This document shows, in pieces, positions 40,715 through 49,422 of a DNA stretch of 64,000 nucleotides; position 1 is the first letter of the stretch, and each line of letters begins with the position of its first letter. Origin of the DNA: Deltaproteobacteria bacterium (lineage in GTDB: Bacteria; Desulfobacterota; Syntrophia; Syntrophales; UBA2210); contig JAFDBG010000001.1 in NCBI GenBank assembly GCA_019313385.1, positions 2,667 through 66,666 on the forward strand, given 5' to 3'. Made by a program: the position numbers and the translations under genes. The notes under the pieces are model-generated. The model did not search any database, was not told where the DNA came from, and saw only the letters and a program-made list of their open reading frames with translations.

Positions 40715-42010
40715 ATGAAGGAAGTAGTAATTGTAAGTGGAGCAAGGACTGCCGTCGGGACCTTTGGCGGTTCTCTCAAGGATGTAAAGTGCGTTGATCT
40801 CGGCGCGCTTGTCATCAAAGAGGCAATTAAAAGGGCCGGGCTCAGACCGTCCCTTACCGATTTTATCAAATCATGCCGCGCGGATGTGTTTGGTGAATTT
40901 GACAAAACGGAAATAAACGCGAAGTATTATGATTATGACAACTCGCTGACTCCCGCGTATTTTGACGAATGTATTATGGGAAACGTCATCCAGGCGGCCC
41001 AGGGACAGAATCCCGGACGTCAGGCATCCATATATGCCGGTCTGCCTGAGGAGACCACCGCGATCACCGTCAACAAGATCTGCGCGTCGGGTATGAAGGC
41101 GATAGCGCTGGGTGCCCAGGCCATCAAGGCAGGTGACGCGGACATGGTCGTAGCAGGCGGTATGGAATCAATGAGCAATGCCCCCTTCTCCCTGCCGAAT
41201 GCACGCTGGGGATACAGAATGAGCATGCCCTTCGGTCAGATTACCGACACCATGGTCCATGACGGTCTCTATGAGATCTTCAACAAGTACCACATGGGAT
41301 TTACGGCAGAAAATATCGCCGCAAAATACGGAATCACCAGAGAGCAGCAGGACGAACTGTCGCTCCTCAGTCATCAGAGGGCACTGGCTGCCATTGCACG
41401 CGGTGAATTCAAGGATGAGATTGTACCGGTCGTCATGCCGCAGCGAAAGGGTGATCCCAAGATATTCGACGTCGATGAACGCCCCATGGACACAACACTG
41501 GAAAAAATGGCAAAGCTCCGCCCCGTCTTCACAACAGATGGGAAGGGAACAGTAACCGCCGGCAATGCATCCGGCATCAATGACGCGGCCGCGGCGGTTG
41601 TGCTGATGAGCGCCGAAAAGGCTAAGGAGCTGGGACTCGAACCCATAGCGAAGATAAAGGGATACGCCTCGGGCGGCGTGGATACCGCCTATATGGGACT
41701 GGGACCCATTCCAGCCACAAGGAAGGTTATGCATCAGCTGGGGCTTACAATAAAAGACATGGATTACATTGAGTTGAATGAGGCCTTCGCGTGCCAGGCG
41801 ATCGCCTGCATGCGCGAGCTGGACGTCAGCCTTGACAACTGCAACCTCAACGGCAGCGGGATTTCCATAGGCCATCCCGTTGGGTGCACCGGTGCCAGGA
41901 TTACTTACAGCCTCGCGATGCAGATGAAGAAGAAAGACCTCAACCTCGGCCTCGCCACATTGTGCATAGGAGGCGGTCAGGGAATGGCCATTGTCCTTGA
42001 AAGAGTGTAA
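40715..42010 (+). CDS. acetyl-CoA C-acetyltransferase (thiolase II)
   Basis: MKEVVIVSGARTAVGTFGGSLKD, the active-site region NKICASGMKA, and GNASGINDAAAAVVLMS, NGSGISIGHPVGCTGAR and CIGGGQGMA. AAGGAG lies 8 nt upstream of the ATG. Confidence 0.95.
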   Translation: MKEVVIVSGARTAVGTFGGSLKDVKCVDLGALVIKEAIKRAGLRPSLTDFIKSCRADVFGEFDKTEINAKYYDYDNSLTPAYFDECIMGNVIQAAQGQNPGRQASIYAGLPEETTAITVNKICASGMKAIALGAQAIKAGDADMVVAGGMESMSNAPFSLPNARWGYRMSMPFGQITDTMVHDGLYEIFNKYHMGFTAENIAAKYGITREQQDELSLLSHQRALAAIARGEFKDEIVPVVMPQRKGDPKIFDVDERPMDTTLEKMAKLRPVFTTDGKGTVTAGNASGINDAAAAVVLMSAEKAKELGLEPIAKIKGYASGGVDTAYMGLGPIPATRKVMHQLGLTIKDMDYIELNEAFACQAIACMRELDVSLDNCNLNGSGISIGHPVGCTGARITYSLAMQMKKKDLNLGLATLCIGGGQGMAIVLERV

Positions 42011-42029
42011 ATAAATATCTTGCCTGCTT

Positions 42030-42105
42030 GGGGATATGACCCGATTTAGCTCCATCAAATCGGGATCGTGTCCCCAGATAGCATCAAATCGGGATCGTGT
42101 CCCCA
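42030..42105 (+). repeat. intercistronic hairpin with a duplicated 3' arm (24-nt direct repeat, period 29 nt)
   Basis: The 5' arm GGGGATATGACCCGATTT (42030-47) pairs with AAATCGGGaTCGTGTCCCC (42057-75): 18 bp including 2 G-U pairs and 1 bulge. CATCAAATCGGGATCGTGTCCCCA occurs twice (42053-76 and 42082-105). The core CCCGATTT/AAATCGGG links it to the 13.6-15.1 kb palindromes. Confidence 0.7.
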
Positions 42106-42129
42106 AACAATAAGCAAAGGAGAAAAATT

Positions 42130-42987
42130 ATGGAAATAAAAACTTTCGGCGTAGTAGGAGCCGGTCAGATGGGAAATGGAATAGCTCAGGTCGCCGCGCA
42201 TCAGGGTGGTATGAATGTCATTATGAACGATATTGCCGATGAATTCGTCGAGAGGGGATTTAACGCTATTTCGAAAAACCTCGACAGATTGGTCAAAAGA
42301 GATAAGCTCTCGGAAGACAAGAAGGTAGAAATCCTCGGCCGGATTACGAAGAGCACAAATATGGAAGATATGAAAGACGCGGATTTTGTCGTTGAGGCGG
42401 CGACAGAAAGAGAAGATCTGAAGCTCGGAATATTCAAAAAGCTCGATGCAGCCTGCAAACCGGGAGCTGTACTCGCCTCGAACACATCATCCATCCCGAT
42501 CACCAGAATTGCCGCTGCCACAAAAAGGCCGGAGCTTGTTATCGGCATGCATTTCATGAATCCTGTGCCCGTCATGAAACTTGTCGAAGTGATCAAGGGT
42601 CTTGCCACCTCTGACGAGACCTTTGCGCTCACGCAAACCCTCTCCGCACAGTTTGGAAAGACTCCCGTCGCATGCAATGACTCCCCGGGTTTTATCGCAA
42701 ACCGCGTCCTTATACCGATGCTCAACGAGGCAATATACGCACTCCATGAAGGAGTCGGCACCGTGGAGGCGATAGACAGCATCATGACGCTCGGAGCGAA
42801 TCACCCCATGGGACCGCTTAAACTGGCGGACCTGATCGGGCTCGACACCTGTCTCGCGATCATGGATGTTCTTCACAAGGGCTTTGGTGATTCGAAATAT
42901 CGTCCCTGCCCTCTGCTGAAAAAATATGTGGATGCAGGATATCTCGGGAAAAAGACTGGAAAAGGATTCTACGATTACAGCGATTAG
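42130..42987 (+). CDS. hbd: 3-hydroxybutyryl-CoA dehydrogenase
   Basis: NAD fold [21 protein letters not shown], and the motifs [14 protein letters not shown] and GFIANRVL. The true start is ATG 42130, preceded by AAGGAG. Confidence 0.95.
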   Translation: MEIKTFGVVGAGQMGNGIAQVAAHQGGMNVIMNDIADEFVERGFNAISKNLDRLVKRDKLSEDKKVEILGRITKSTNMEDMKDADFVVEAATEREDLKLGIFKKLDAACKPGAVLASNTSSIPITRIAAATKRPELVIGMHFMNPVPVMKLVEVIKGLATSDETFALTQTLSAQFGKTPVACNDSPGFIANRVLIPMLNEAIYALHEGVGTVEAIDSIMTLGANHPMGPLKLADLIGLDTCLAIMDVLHKGFGDSKYRPCPLLKKYVDAGYLGKKTGKGFYDYSD

Positions 42988-43004
42988 TAAAAAGGAGCTT
43001 CAAT

Positions 43005-43787
43005 ATGGAATATAAAAATATCTTGTTCAGTGTGGAAGAAGGGTTAGCCACTATTACCTTCAACAGGCCAAAAGCACTCAACGCTATGAATTCCGAGACC
43101 ATGCTGGAACTAAAAGACGCGGTTACAGTATGCAAAGATGATGACAATGTCAGGGTTCTCATACTGACCGGATCCGGAGACAAGGCCTTTGTGGCTGGCG
43201 CCGACATAGCACAGATGCAGGACTTTGAGCCCCGTGATGCCCTCGCGTTCATGGAGATGGGGCATGAAACGATGAGACTCATTGAAACCCTTCCGAAACC
43301 ATCCATAGCGGCGGTTAATGGATTCGCGCTTGGCGGAGGCTCAGAAATTTCTCTGGCCTGCGACATACGATTTGTCGCTGAGAACGCGAAGTTCGGCCAG
43401 CCGGAAATCATGATAGGTCTAATACCCGGCTGGGGCGGCACCCAGCGGCTACCCCGAGTGATTGGCATGGGACGCGCAAAGGAGCTTGTGCTGGGCGGGG
43501 TGCAGATTGACGCCGGGAGGGCATACGAAATCGGCCTGGCAAACAGGGTATACCCTCTTGAGCAGCTTATGGAAGAAACCAGAAAATTTGCACGAAAACT
43601 GGCCGGAATGCCGGCTTTCGGGATTAAGATGGCAAAGCACGCTATCAACTTTGGATATGACCTGTCACTCGATAATGCCACCAGACTCGAGGTTGAGTGC
43701 TGCGCCCAGTGCTTCAGCACGCGGGATCAGAAGGAGGGGATGAAGGCCTTTCTCGAAAAGAGAAAACCGAACTATATTGGCAGGTAA
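43005..43787 (+). CDS. crt: enoyl-CoA hydratase (crotonase)
   Basis: ITFNRPKALNAM, VAGADI and GFALGGGSEISLACDIRFVAENAKFGQPEIMIGLIPGWGGTQRL. Confidence 0.93.
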   Translation: MEYKNILFSVEEGLATITFNRPKALNAMNSETMLELKDAVTVCKDDDNVRVLILTGSGDKAFVAGADIAQMQDFEPRDALAFMEMGHETMRLIETLPKPSIAAVNGFALGGGSEISLACDIRFVAENAKFGQPEIMIGLIPGWGGTQRLPRVIGMGRAKELVLGGVQIDAGRAYEIGLANRVYPLEQLMEETRKFARKLAGMPAFGIKMAKHAINFGYDLSLDNATRLEVECCAQCFSTRDQKEGMKAFLEKRKPNYIGR

Positions 43788-43862
43788 AAGTCTGTAAGGG
43801 GCTTTATCCTCAACAACTGCGTTTTTTGCACAGATATTGCTGTCAGGGATCAGCACTGACCC

Positions 43863-43883
43863 CTGATAGCTGATACCTGATAC
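43863..43883. repeat. heptanucleotide tandem repeat CTGATA(G/C) x3
   Basis: CTGATAG CTGATAC CTGATAC, in the 142-nt gap upstream of the acyl-CoA dehydrogenase gene. Confidence 0.8.
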
Positions 43884-43929
43884 CTTTGTGGCTTCGTCGC
43901 CTTGGAATAACTGCAAAAGGAGTGATTTC

Positions 43930-45078
43930 ATGAATTTTGCGCCCACGGAAGAACAACAAATGGTAAAGAACATGGTGTCGCGGTTTGTCAACGAGGAGAT
44001 AAAACCCGTTGCCGCCGAGTTAGACGAGACACACAGACACCCTGAAGAGATATGCAGGAAACTGGGCAAGATGGGCCTTATGGGTGTATCCGTTCCGACG
44101 GAATTCGGAGGGGCGGGCATGGACAATGTGACATATGTCATGGCGCTCATTGAGATTTCCAGAGGCTGCGCGAGCTGCGGCGTCATCACATCGGTAAACA
44201 ATTCTCTGTATAGTCATCCCGTAAAAACCTATGGAACAGACGAGCAGAAGAGGAAATTCCTGGCGCCTGTTGCCGGCGGTGAAGTAGAGGGGTGCTACGG
44301 CCTTACGGAAGCGGGAGCGGGTTCCGATGCCGCGGCTCTCCGGTGCCACGCGGAACTGAAGGGTGACAAGTACATAGTAAACGGCGTCAAGAAATTTACC
44401 ACCAGCGGCAACGTGGCAAAATACTGCGTCCTGGCCGCGACCGAAGACTCCTCAAAGGGTTACAAGGGCATTTTGAATCTGATTGTGGATCTGGAGAACA
44501 CCCCGGGCTTTTCTGTCGGCACCGTAGAGAACAAGATGGGACTACTCGCCTCCGGCACGGCAGAGCTGGTCTTTGAGGACGCGGAAATTCCCGCCGGGAA
44601 TCTCCTGGGAAAACCAGGAGAGGGGTTTCAGCAGATGATGGAGGGCCTTAACGAGGGCAGGATAGGGATTGGATGCCAGGCATGCGGCATAGGCAGGGCC
44701 GTGCTTGAAGATTCTATCGCGTACGCGAAGGAAAGGACGCAGTTCGGAAAGCCCATTGCATCATTTGGAGCAATCCAGTGGAAACTGGCCGACATGGCCA
44801 CAGGACTGGACGCGGCGGAAATGCTCCTCCTCAAGGCCGCCTGGCTGGAAGATAACGGCTACAACTTCGAAAAAGAATCGGCGATGGCAAAGATGTACGC
44901 CTCCGACGTAGCCATGAGAGCCGCGGTGGAAGGCGTTCAGATATTCGGCGGCTATGGGTACTGCAAAGATTACCCCGCTGAGAGGCATATGCGTGACGCA
45001 AAGATATGCCAGATATACGAAGGCACCAACGAAATACAGAGGATGGTTATTGCCCGAAAGCTGCTTGGGACAAGATAA
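43930..45078 (+). CDS. acyl-CoA dehydrogenase (short-chain/butyryl-CoA dehydrogenase-like)
   Basis: MNFAPTEEQQMVKNMV..., YGLTEAGAGSDAAAL and QIFGGYGYCKDYPAERHMRDAKICQIYEGTNEIQRMVIAR. The track start 43888 is rejected. Confidence 0.95.
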   Translation: MNFAPTEEQQMVKNMVSRFVNEEIKPVAAELDETHRHPEEICRKLGKMGLMGVSVPTEFGGAGMDNVTYVMALIEISRGCASCGVITSVNNSLYSHPVKTYGTDEQKRKFLAPVAGGEVEGCYGLTEAGAGSDAAALRCHAELKGDKYIVNGVKKFTTSGNVAKYCVLAATEDSSKGYKGILNLIVDLENTPGFSVGTVENKMGLLASGTAELVFEDAEIPAGNLLGKPGEGFQQMMEGLNEGRIGIGCQACGIGRAVLEDSIAYAKERTQFGKPIASFGAIQWKLADMATGLDAAEMLLLKAAWLEDNGYNFEKESAMAKMYASDVAMRAAVEGVQIFGGYGYCKDYPAERHMRDAKICQIYEGTNEIQRMVIARKLLGTR

Positions 45079-45112
45079 GGCGTAAGGCGTAAGGAGTAAG
45101 GAGTAAGGAGTA
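45075..45112. repeat. heptanucleotide tandem repeat (A/G)TAAGG(C/A) x5, an array of TAA + AAGGAG-like units
   Basis: ATAAGGC GTAAGGC GTAAGGA GTAAGGA GTAAGGA GTA. It begins at the stop codon of the acyl-CoA dehydrogenase gene. Confidence 0.85.
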
Positions 45113-45174
45113 TAAAAAGAATCTTCTGACCCCTGCGAGTTCTCCAACCTTGAATTGTCGAGGAAAGGGTCGCG

Positions 45175-46866
45175 ATGAATTTTACACTGACCGGACTGTC
45201 TAATTATGAAGGCATAAAGGGACCCCTGCTCCTGATCATTCTGGACGGCATGGGCCTGTATCGGGGGGAAAAGGATGGATACCCCGGAAACGCCATCGAT
45301 ATCGCGGCCCCGCGAAACCTGTACCGCCTTATAAAGGACGAAAAGATAACAACCCGCCTCAAGGCCCATGGGACGGCGGTGGGGATGCCCTCGGACAGAG
45401 ACCAGGGAAACAGCGAAGTGGGGCACAATGCCATGGGGGCGGGCCGGATATTCGCGCAGGGGGCGAAGCTCGTGGAGGATGCGATCGAGAGCGGCAGCAT
45501 CTTCGAGGGAAAGACCTGGAAGAAGATCATCTCCCGTTCACTGGCAGCAAAAACCCCCGTGCACTTCATAGGCCTCATATCAGACGGAAATGTCCACAGC
45601 AACATCGCGCACCTGATCTCGCTGATCGGACAGTGTGACAGGGAAGGCGTGGAGGAGGTATATGTGCACGGCCTCCTGGACGGACGGGACGTGCCCCCTC
45701 TCAGCGCCCTTCGTTATTTCGGTGAGCTGGAAGACTATCTCTGGTCGCTGCGCGCGCACGCCGTGGAGACGGGAGAAAAACGCCTGTATCTGATTGCCTC
45801 TGGAGGTGGCCGGATGGTGACCACGATGGACCGCTATGAGGCAGACTGGGCCATCGTTGAAAGGGGCTACAACGCCCATGTCCTGGGTATCGGCCCGAAA
45901 TTCCCCGACAGTCTCACAGCAATCAGGAAACTGCGCTCAAAAGAAATCGTTGACGATCAGTATCTCTCACACTGGGTCATCCACGCGCCCGATAACCCGG
46001 ACAAGCCTCTCGCTCAAATCAGGGACGGGGATGGCGTAATACTGTTCAACTTCCGGGGTGACCGGGCGATTGAGATCAGCCGGGCGCTTGTTGAAGACGA
46101 TTTCAAGGGGTTCAGACGCGACCGCCGCCCCGATGTCTCATATGCCGGCATACTTGAGTATGACGCGGACACAAAAATGCCCCCGGAATATCTCGTCGCG
46201 CCGCCTGCCATAGATCGCACGCTGTCGGAATACCTGGCAGAGAACGGCGTTTCGCAATACGCCATAAGCGAGACCCAGAAATTCGGTCATGTCACCTATT
46301 TCTGGAACGGCAACAACTCCTCCATGTTCAACAAGAAGATCGAAAAATGGGTAAAAATCGAATCCGACCGCGTGCCCTTTGACCGGGCGCCGGAGATGAA
46401 GGCCGATGAAATCGCATCCCAAACAATCTCGGCCATGCAATCCGGCATGTACAGATTCCTCCGTCTGAATTTTCCAAACGGGGATATGGTGGGACACACA
46501 GGATCACTCCCGGCGGCGGTGAAAGCTGTGGGAGCCGTGGACAGGGCGGTGGGGAGGCTGATTGAAGCGATGGACAGGCTGGGCGGCACGGTGATAATAA
46601 CCGCCGACCATGGAAACTGCGAGCAGATGACAGCCGTGGACGAAAAGACAGGCAGGCCCGTCATGGGAGCGGGCGGAGAGTATAAACCGCAGACAAGCCA
46701 CTCCCTCAATCCGGTTCCTTTTATTATACATGGCCCCGATACCGGCCGCTACGAACTTGCCCGAATCCCGGACCCGGGGCTCGGCAACATCGCCTCAACA
46801 ATCCTTCTGCTCCTCGGATATCAAAGGCCGGATGACTACCTGGAACCGATTATAAGGGTTCAGTAA
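45175..46866 (+). CDS. gpmI: 2,3-bisphosphoglycerate-independent phosphoglycerate mutase, long (about 560 aa) form
   Basis: LLIILDGMG, AHGTAVGMPSDRDQGNSEVGHNAMGAGRIFAQGAKLVED, GDMVGHTG and ITADHGN. Confidence 0.88.
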   Translation: MNFTLTGLSNYEGIKGPLLLIILDGMGLYRGEKDGYPGNAIDIAAPRNLYRLIKDEKITTRLKAHGTAVGMPSDRDQGNSEVGHNAMGAGRIFAQGAKLVEDAIESGSIFEGKTWKKIISRSLAAKTPVHFIGLISDGNVHSNIAHLISLIGQCDREGVEEVYVHGLLDGRDVPPLSALRYFGELEDYLWSLRAHAVETGEKRLYLIASGGGRMVTTMDRYEADWAIVERGYNAHVLGIGPKFPDSLTAIRKLRSKEIVDDQYLSHWVIHAPDNPDKPLAQIRDGDGVILFNFRGDRAIEISRALVEDDFKGFRRDRRPDVSYAGILEYDADTKMPPEYLVAPPAIDRTLSEYLAENGVSQYAISETQKFGHVTYFWNGNNSSMFNKKIEKWVKIESDRVPFDRAPEMKADEIASQTISAMQSGMYRFLRLNFPNGDMVGHTGSLPAAVKAVGAVDRAVGRLIEAMDRLGGTVIITADHGNCEQMTAVDEKTGRPVMGAGGEYKPQTSHSLNPVPFIIHGPDTGRYELARIPDPGLGNIASTILLLLGYQRPDDYLEPIIRVQ

Positions 46867-47324
46867 ATTCCCGCCTCACAGCCGCCGGCAATCGTCTGGC
46901 CCAGTTCCCGGCACCGCGCAAGAATCTCGTCCGTTACTCCCCCCTTTGACATCCTCGCGATAACAGGCTCGTAAACCTTCTTGAACTTAAATCCGAGGGC
47001 AATGCGCTCTATACTGCTCAGGGCCCCTGTTCCATCATTTCCCGCACTGATAAAAACAACATAGGGCTTTCTGAAGACCTTCCCCTCCGCGGGATAAAAG
47101 GTCCTGTCAAAAAAGTCCTTGACGGTGCCTGACATGTAACCGAAATTTTCCGGAGTTCCGATCACGAGTCCGTCACAACTGAGAAGATCCTCCAGAGACG
47201 CATCGGCCGCCTTTTTCAGGATCACCTCCATTCCCTCTATACTCGACGCCCCCGCCGCGACCGCCCCGGCCATCTTTTCGGTGCTTCCGGTCTGCGAATG
47301 ATAGACTATCAATATCCTGGTCAT
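46860..47324 (-). CDS. flavodoxin-like fold protein (FMN-dependent NAD(P)H oxidoreductase family)
   Basis: MTRILIVYHSQTGSTEKMA...GLVIGTPENFGYMSG. 154 aa. Its 3' end overlaps the gpmI 3' end by 7 nt (convergent genes). Confidence 0.8.
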   Translation of the reverse strand: MTRILIVYHSQTGSTEKMAGAVAAGASSIEGMEVILKKAADASLEDLLSCDGLVIGTPENFGYMSGTVKDFFDRTFYPAEGKVFRKPYVVFISAGNDGTGALSSIERIALGFKFKKVYEPVIARMSKGGVTDEILARCRELGQTIAGGCEAGIY

Positions 47325-47508
47325 TATCCCTCCAGCGAATTCACAAATTCCCGCAACGCCATGTTAAATACCTTCGTGTCCTCCATCATTTGTACGGAAG
47401 GCAATCTTTACACCATCTATCTCCTGAAATCTCATGAATACCCCCTGTTCCCCGCCCACAAACTATTCGGGCGGGAAGATCCACCCCCCGCCCGACTTTT
47501 CAATAATC

Positions 47509-47532
47509 GGGGACAGGTTTAAACCTGTCCCC
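47509..47532 (-). terminator. perfect 24-nt palindromic hairpin just downstream of fadD
   Basis: GGGGACAGGTTTAAACCTGTCCCC is fully self-complementary. It lies 13 nt after the fadD stop. No clear T-run follows, so terminator function is uncertain. Confidence 0.4.
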
Positions 47533-47544
47533 ACTGGTACAAAC

Positions 47545-49242
47545 TCATTTCTTCCTCTTTGCCAGCTCATCCTTCCTCAGGTCCTTGCGGAGGATTTTGC
47601 CGATATTGGTTTTTGGAAGTTCCTTGCGGAATTCTATCTCTGTCGGAAGCTTATAGACGGCCAGTTTGCCCTTGCAGAATGTTATCATCTCTTCCTCTGT
47701 GGCACTTTCACCTTCCTTCAGCACCACAAAGACCTTGACGTTTTCCCCCCTCTTCGGATCGGGGATTCCTATGGCACAGGCCTCCTGGACCTTCGGGTTC
47801 TGATAAAATACTTCATCAATATCACGCGGATAGACATTGAAACCACCCGATATGATCATATCCTTCTTGCGGTCCACGATGTAGAAATATCCATCCTCAT
47901 CCATCGTAGCGATGTCTCCGGTATAGATCCAGCCGCCCTTCAGGGTGTTCGCCGTCTCATCAGACATACCCTTGTAGCCCTTCATGATCTGCGGCCCTTT
48001 GACGATCAGCTCTCCCGACTCGCCCACAGGCATCTCCCTCACACCGTCATCCAGATCGACGATCCTGCAGAGCGTATCGGAGATGGGAAGTCCAACGCTC
48101 CCGACCTTGCGCGCTCCGCCCGCGAACGGATTTATGTGTGTGACGGGTGTCGTCTCTGTCATTCCGAACCCCTCGACGATAACAGCCCCTGTAACCTTTT
48201 CAAAATCATTGATAACTTCGACCGGAAGCGGCGCGCTTCCGGAGAAACAGCCCTTTATGCAGCTCATATCCGTCTTCTTGATATTGGGATGGTTCAACAT
48301 CCCTATGTACATGGCCGGCACCAGCGGTGCAAAGGAGGGTTTGAATTTCCCTATTGCCTCGAGAAGGGGCTCCGGCTGAGGCTTAGGAACGAGGATATCG
48401 GTCCATCCCATGTACACGGAAAAGTTCATTGCCGTGGACAGACCGAAGACATGGAAGAAGGGGAGCGCCCCCAGCATTCGCTCTGTTCCTTTACCAAATG
48501 TGGGAAACCACGCGGCCAGATGCTGCACCTGTTTGCTCAGATTGGCGTGGGTCAGCATAACCCCTTTGGAGACCCCGGTCGTGCCCCCGGTATACTGGTA
48601 CATGGCTACATCTTCAAAATCGATCTTCACGGAAGGTGGATTGGGTGCGTATTTCGCGATACAATCTTTCCATTTGTAAACATCGCGGGCCTCTTTAACA
48701 TCCGCGGCAAGTTTCTTCTTCTTCGCCACAAGCGGAAATAAAAGACTCTTGGGAAAGGGAAGATAATCCCCGATGGAGGTATAGATTATCTGTTTGATCT
48801 TTGTCTTCGGACGAAGATCGATCATCCGGTTCCCGAGGAGATCAAGGGTTATGAGCACCTTTGAACCGGAATCGTTAAACTGATGCCCAAGCTCGACATC
48901 CGAATAGAGAGGGTTGTTCATGACCGCTATTCCGCCTACCTTCATAATGGCGAAGTAGGCCGCGACACAGGGAATCAGGTTGGGCAGAAGTATCGCGACG
49001 GCGTCTCCCTTTTTCACGCCGAAGTCCGCAAGACAGGTGGCAAACCGGGCCACCATCTCCTTGAGTTCCTTGTAGGTCTGCCTGTATCCTTGAAAAATAA
49101 GCGCTTCTATTTCGGGAAAATCACGGGCCGCCCGGTCAAGAAAATCCGGCATGCATAATTCCTCATAATCAACAAATTCTGGGACCCCCTCTTCATACGA
49201 TTTAAGCCAGGGTTTGTCATCATACTTGATTGCGTTTGCCAT
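47545..49242 (-). CDS. fadD: long-chain-fatty-acid-CoA ligase
   Basis: YQYTGGTTGVSKGVMLTH, GFGMTE and IYTGDIATMDEDGYFYIVDRKKDMI. 565 aa. The 435-aa ORF on the opposite strand is a shadow ORF. Confidence 0.93.
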   Translation of the reverse strand: MANAIKYDDKPWLKSYEEGVPEFVDYEELCMPDFLDRAARDFPEIEALIFQGYRQTYKELKEMVARFATCLADFGVKKGDAVAILLPNLIPCVAAYFAIMKVGGIAVMNNPLYSDVELGHQFNDSGSKVLITLDLLGNRMIDLRPKTKIKQIIYTSIGDYLPFPKSLLFPLVAKKKKLAADVKEARDVYKWKDCIAKYAPNPPSVKIDFEDVAMYQYTGGTTGVSKGVMLTHANLSKQVQHLAAWFPTFGKGTERMLGALPFFHVFGLSTAMNFSVYMGWTDILVPKPQPEPLLEAIGKFKPSFAPLVPAMYIGMLNHPNIKKTDMSCIKGCFSGSAPLPVEVINDFEKVTGAVIVEGFGMTETTPVTHINPFAGGARKVGSVGLPISDTLCRIVDLDDGVREMPVGESGELIVKGPQIMKGYKGMSDETANTLKGGWIYTGDIATMDEDGYFYIVDRKKDMIISGGFNVYPRDIDEVFYQNPKVQEACAIGIPDPKRGENVKVFVVLKEGESATEEEMITFCKGKLAVYKLPTEIEFRKELPKTNIGKILRKDLRKDELAKRKK

Positions 49243-49422
49243 AATTTTCTTCCCTCCTTTGGATTAAAATGTTAAAAAGCTGAGAAAACAAGTAATTACA
49301 ATCGGACGCCCAATCCCACAAACCTCGTTATGCCTTGCTTCACGCCCCACCTTACATGTGGAGTCTTTAATATATTTTTCTCGGAAAAGCCACAAAAAAT
49401 CTTCTTGGATCATCTCCCTGCT

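Noticed and set aside
42053-42105. Possible CRISPR-like or other repeat array
   Set aside because: There are only two copies of a 24-nt repeat, separated by 5 nt. There are no spacers of CRISPR length and no cas genes anywhere in the window. It is interpreted instead as a duplicated hairpin arm.
40018-43720. Long minus-strand ORFs (40018..40905, 41168..42106, 42201..42785, 42860..43720) across the beta-oxidation operon
   Set aside because: Each is antisense to a plus-strand gene with textbook motifs (AMP-ligase, thiolase, Hbd, crotonase). The products are Ser/Pro/Arg-rich nonsense.
47434-48741. 435-aa ORF on the plus strand opposite fadD
   Set aside because: It is antisense to a well-supported fatty-acid-CoA ligase. 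Its composition is aberrant and it has no motifs, so it is a shadow ORF.
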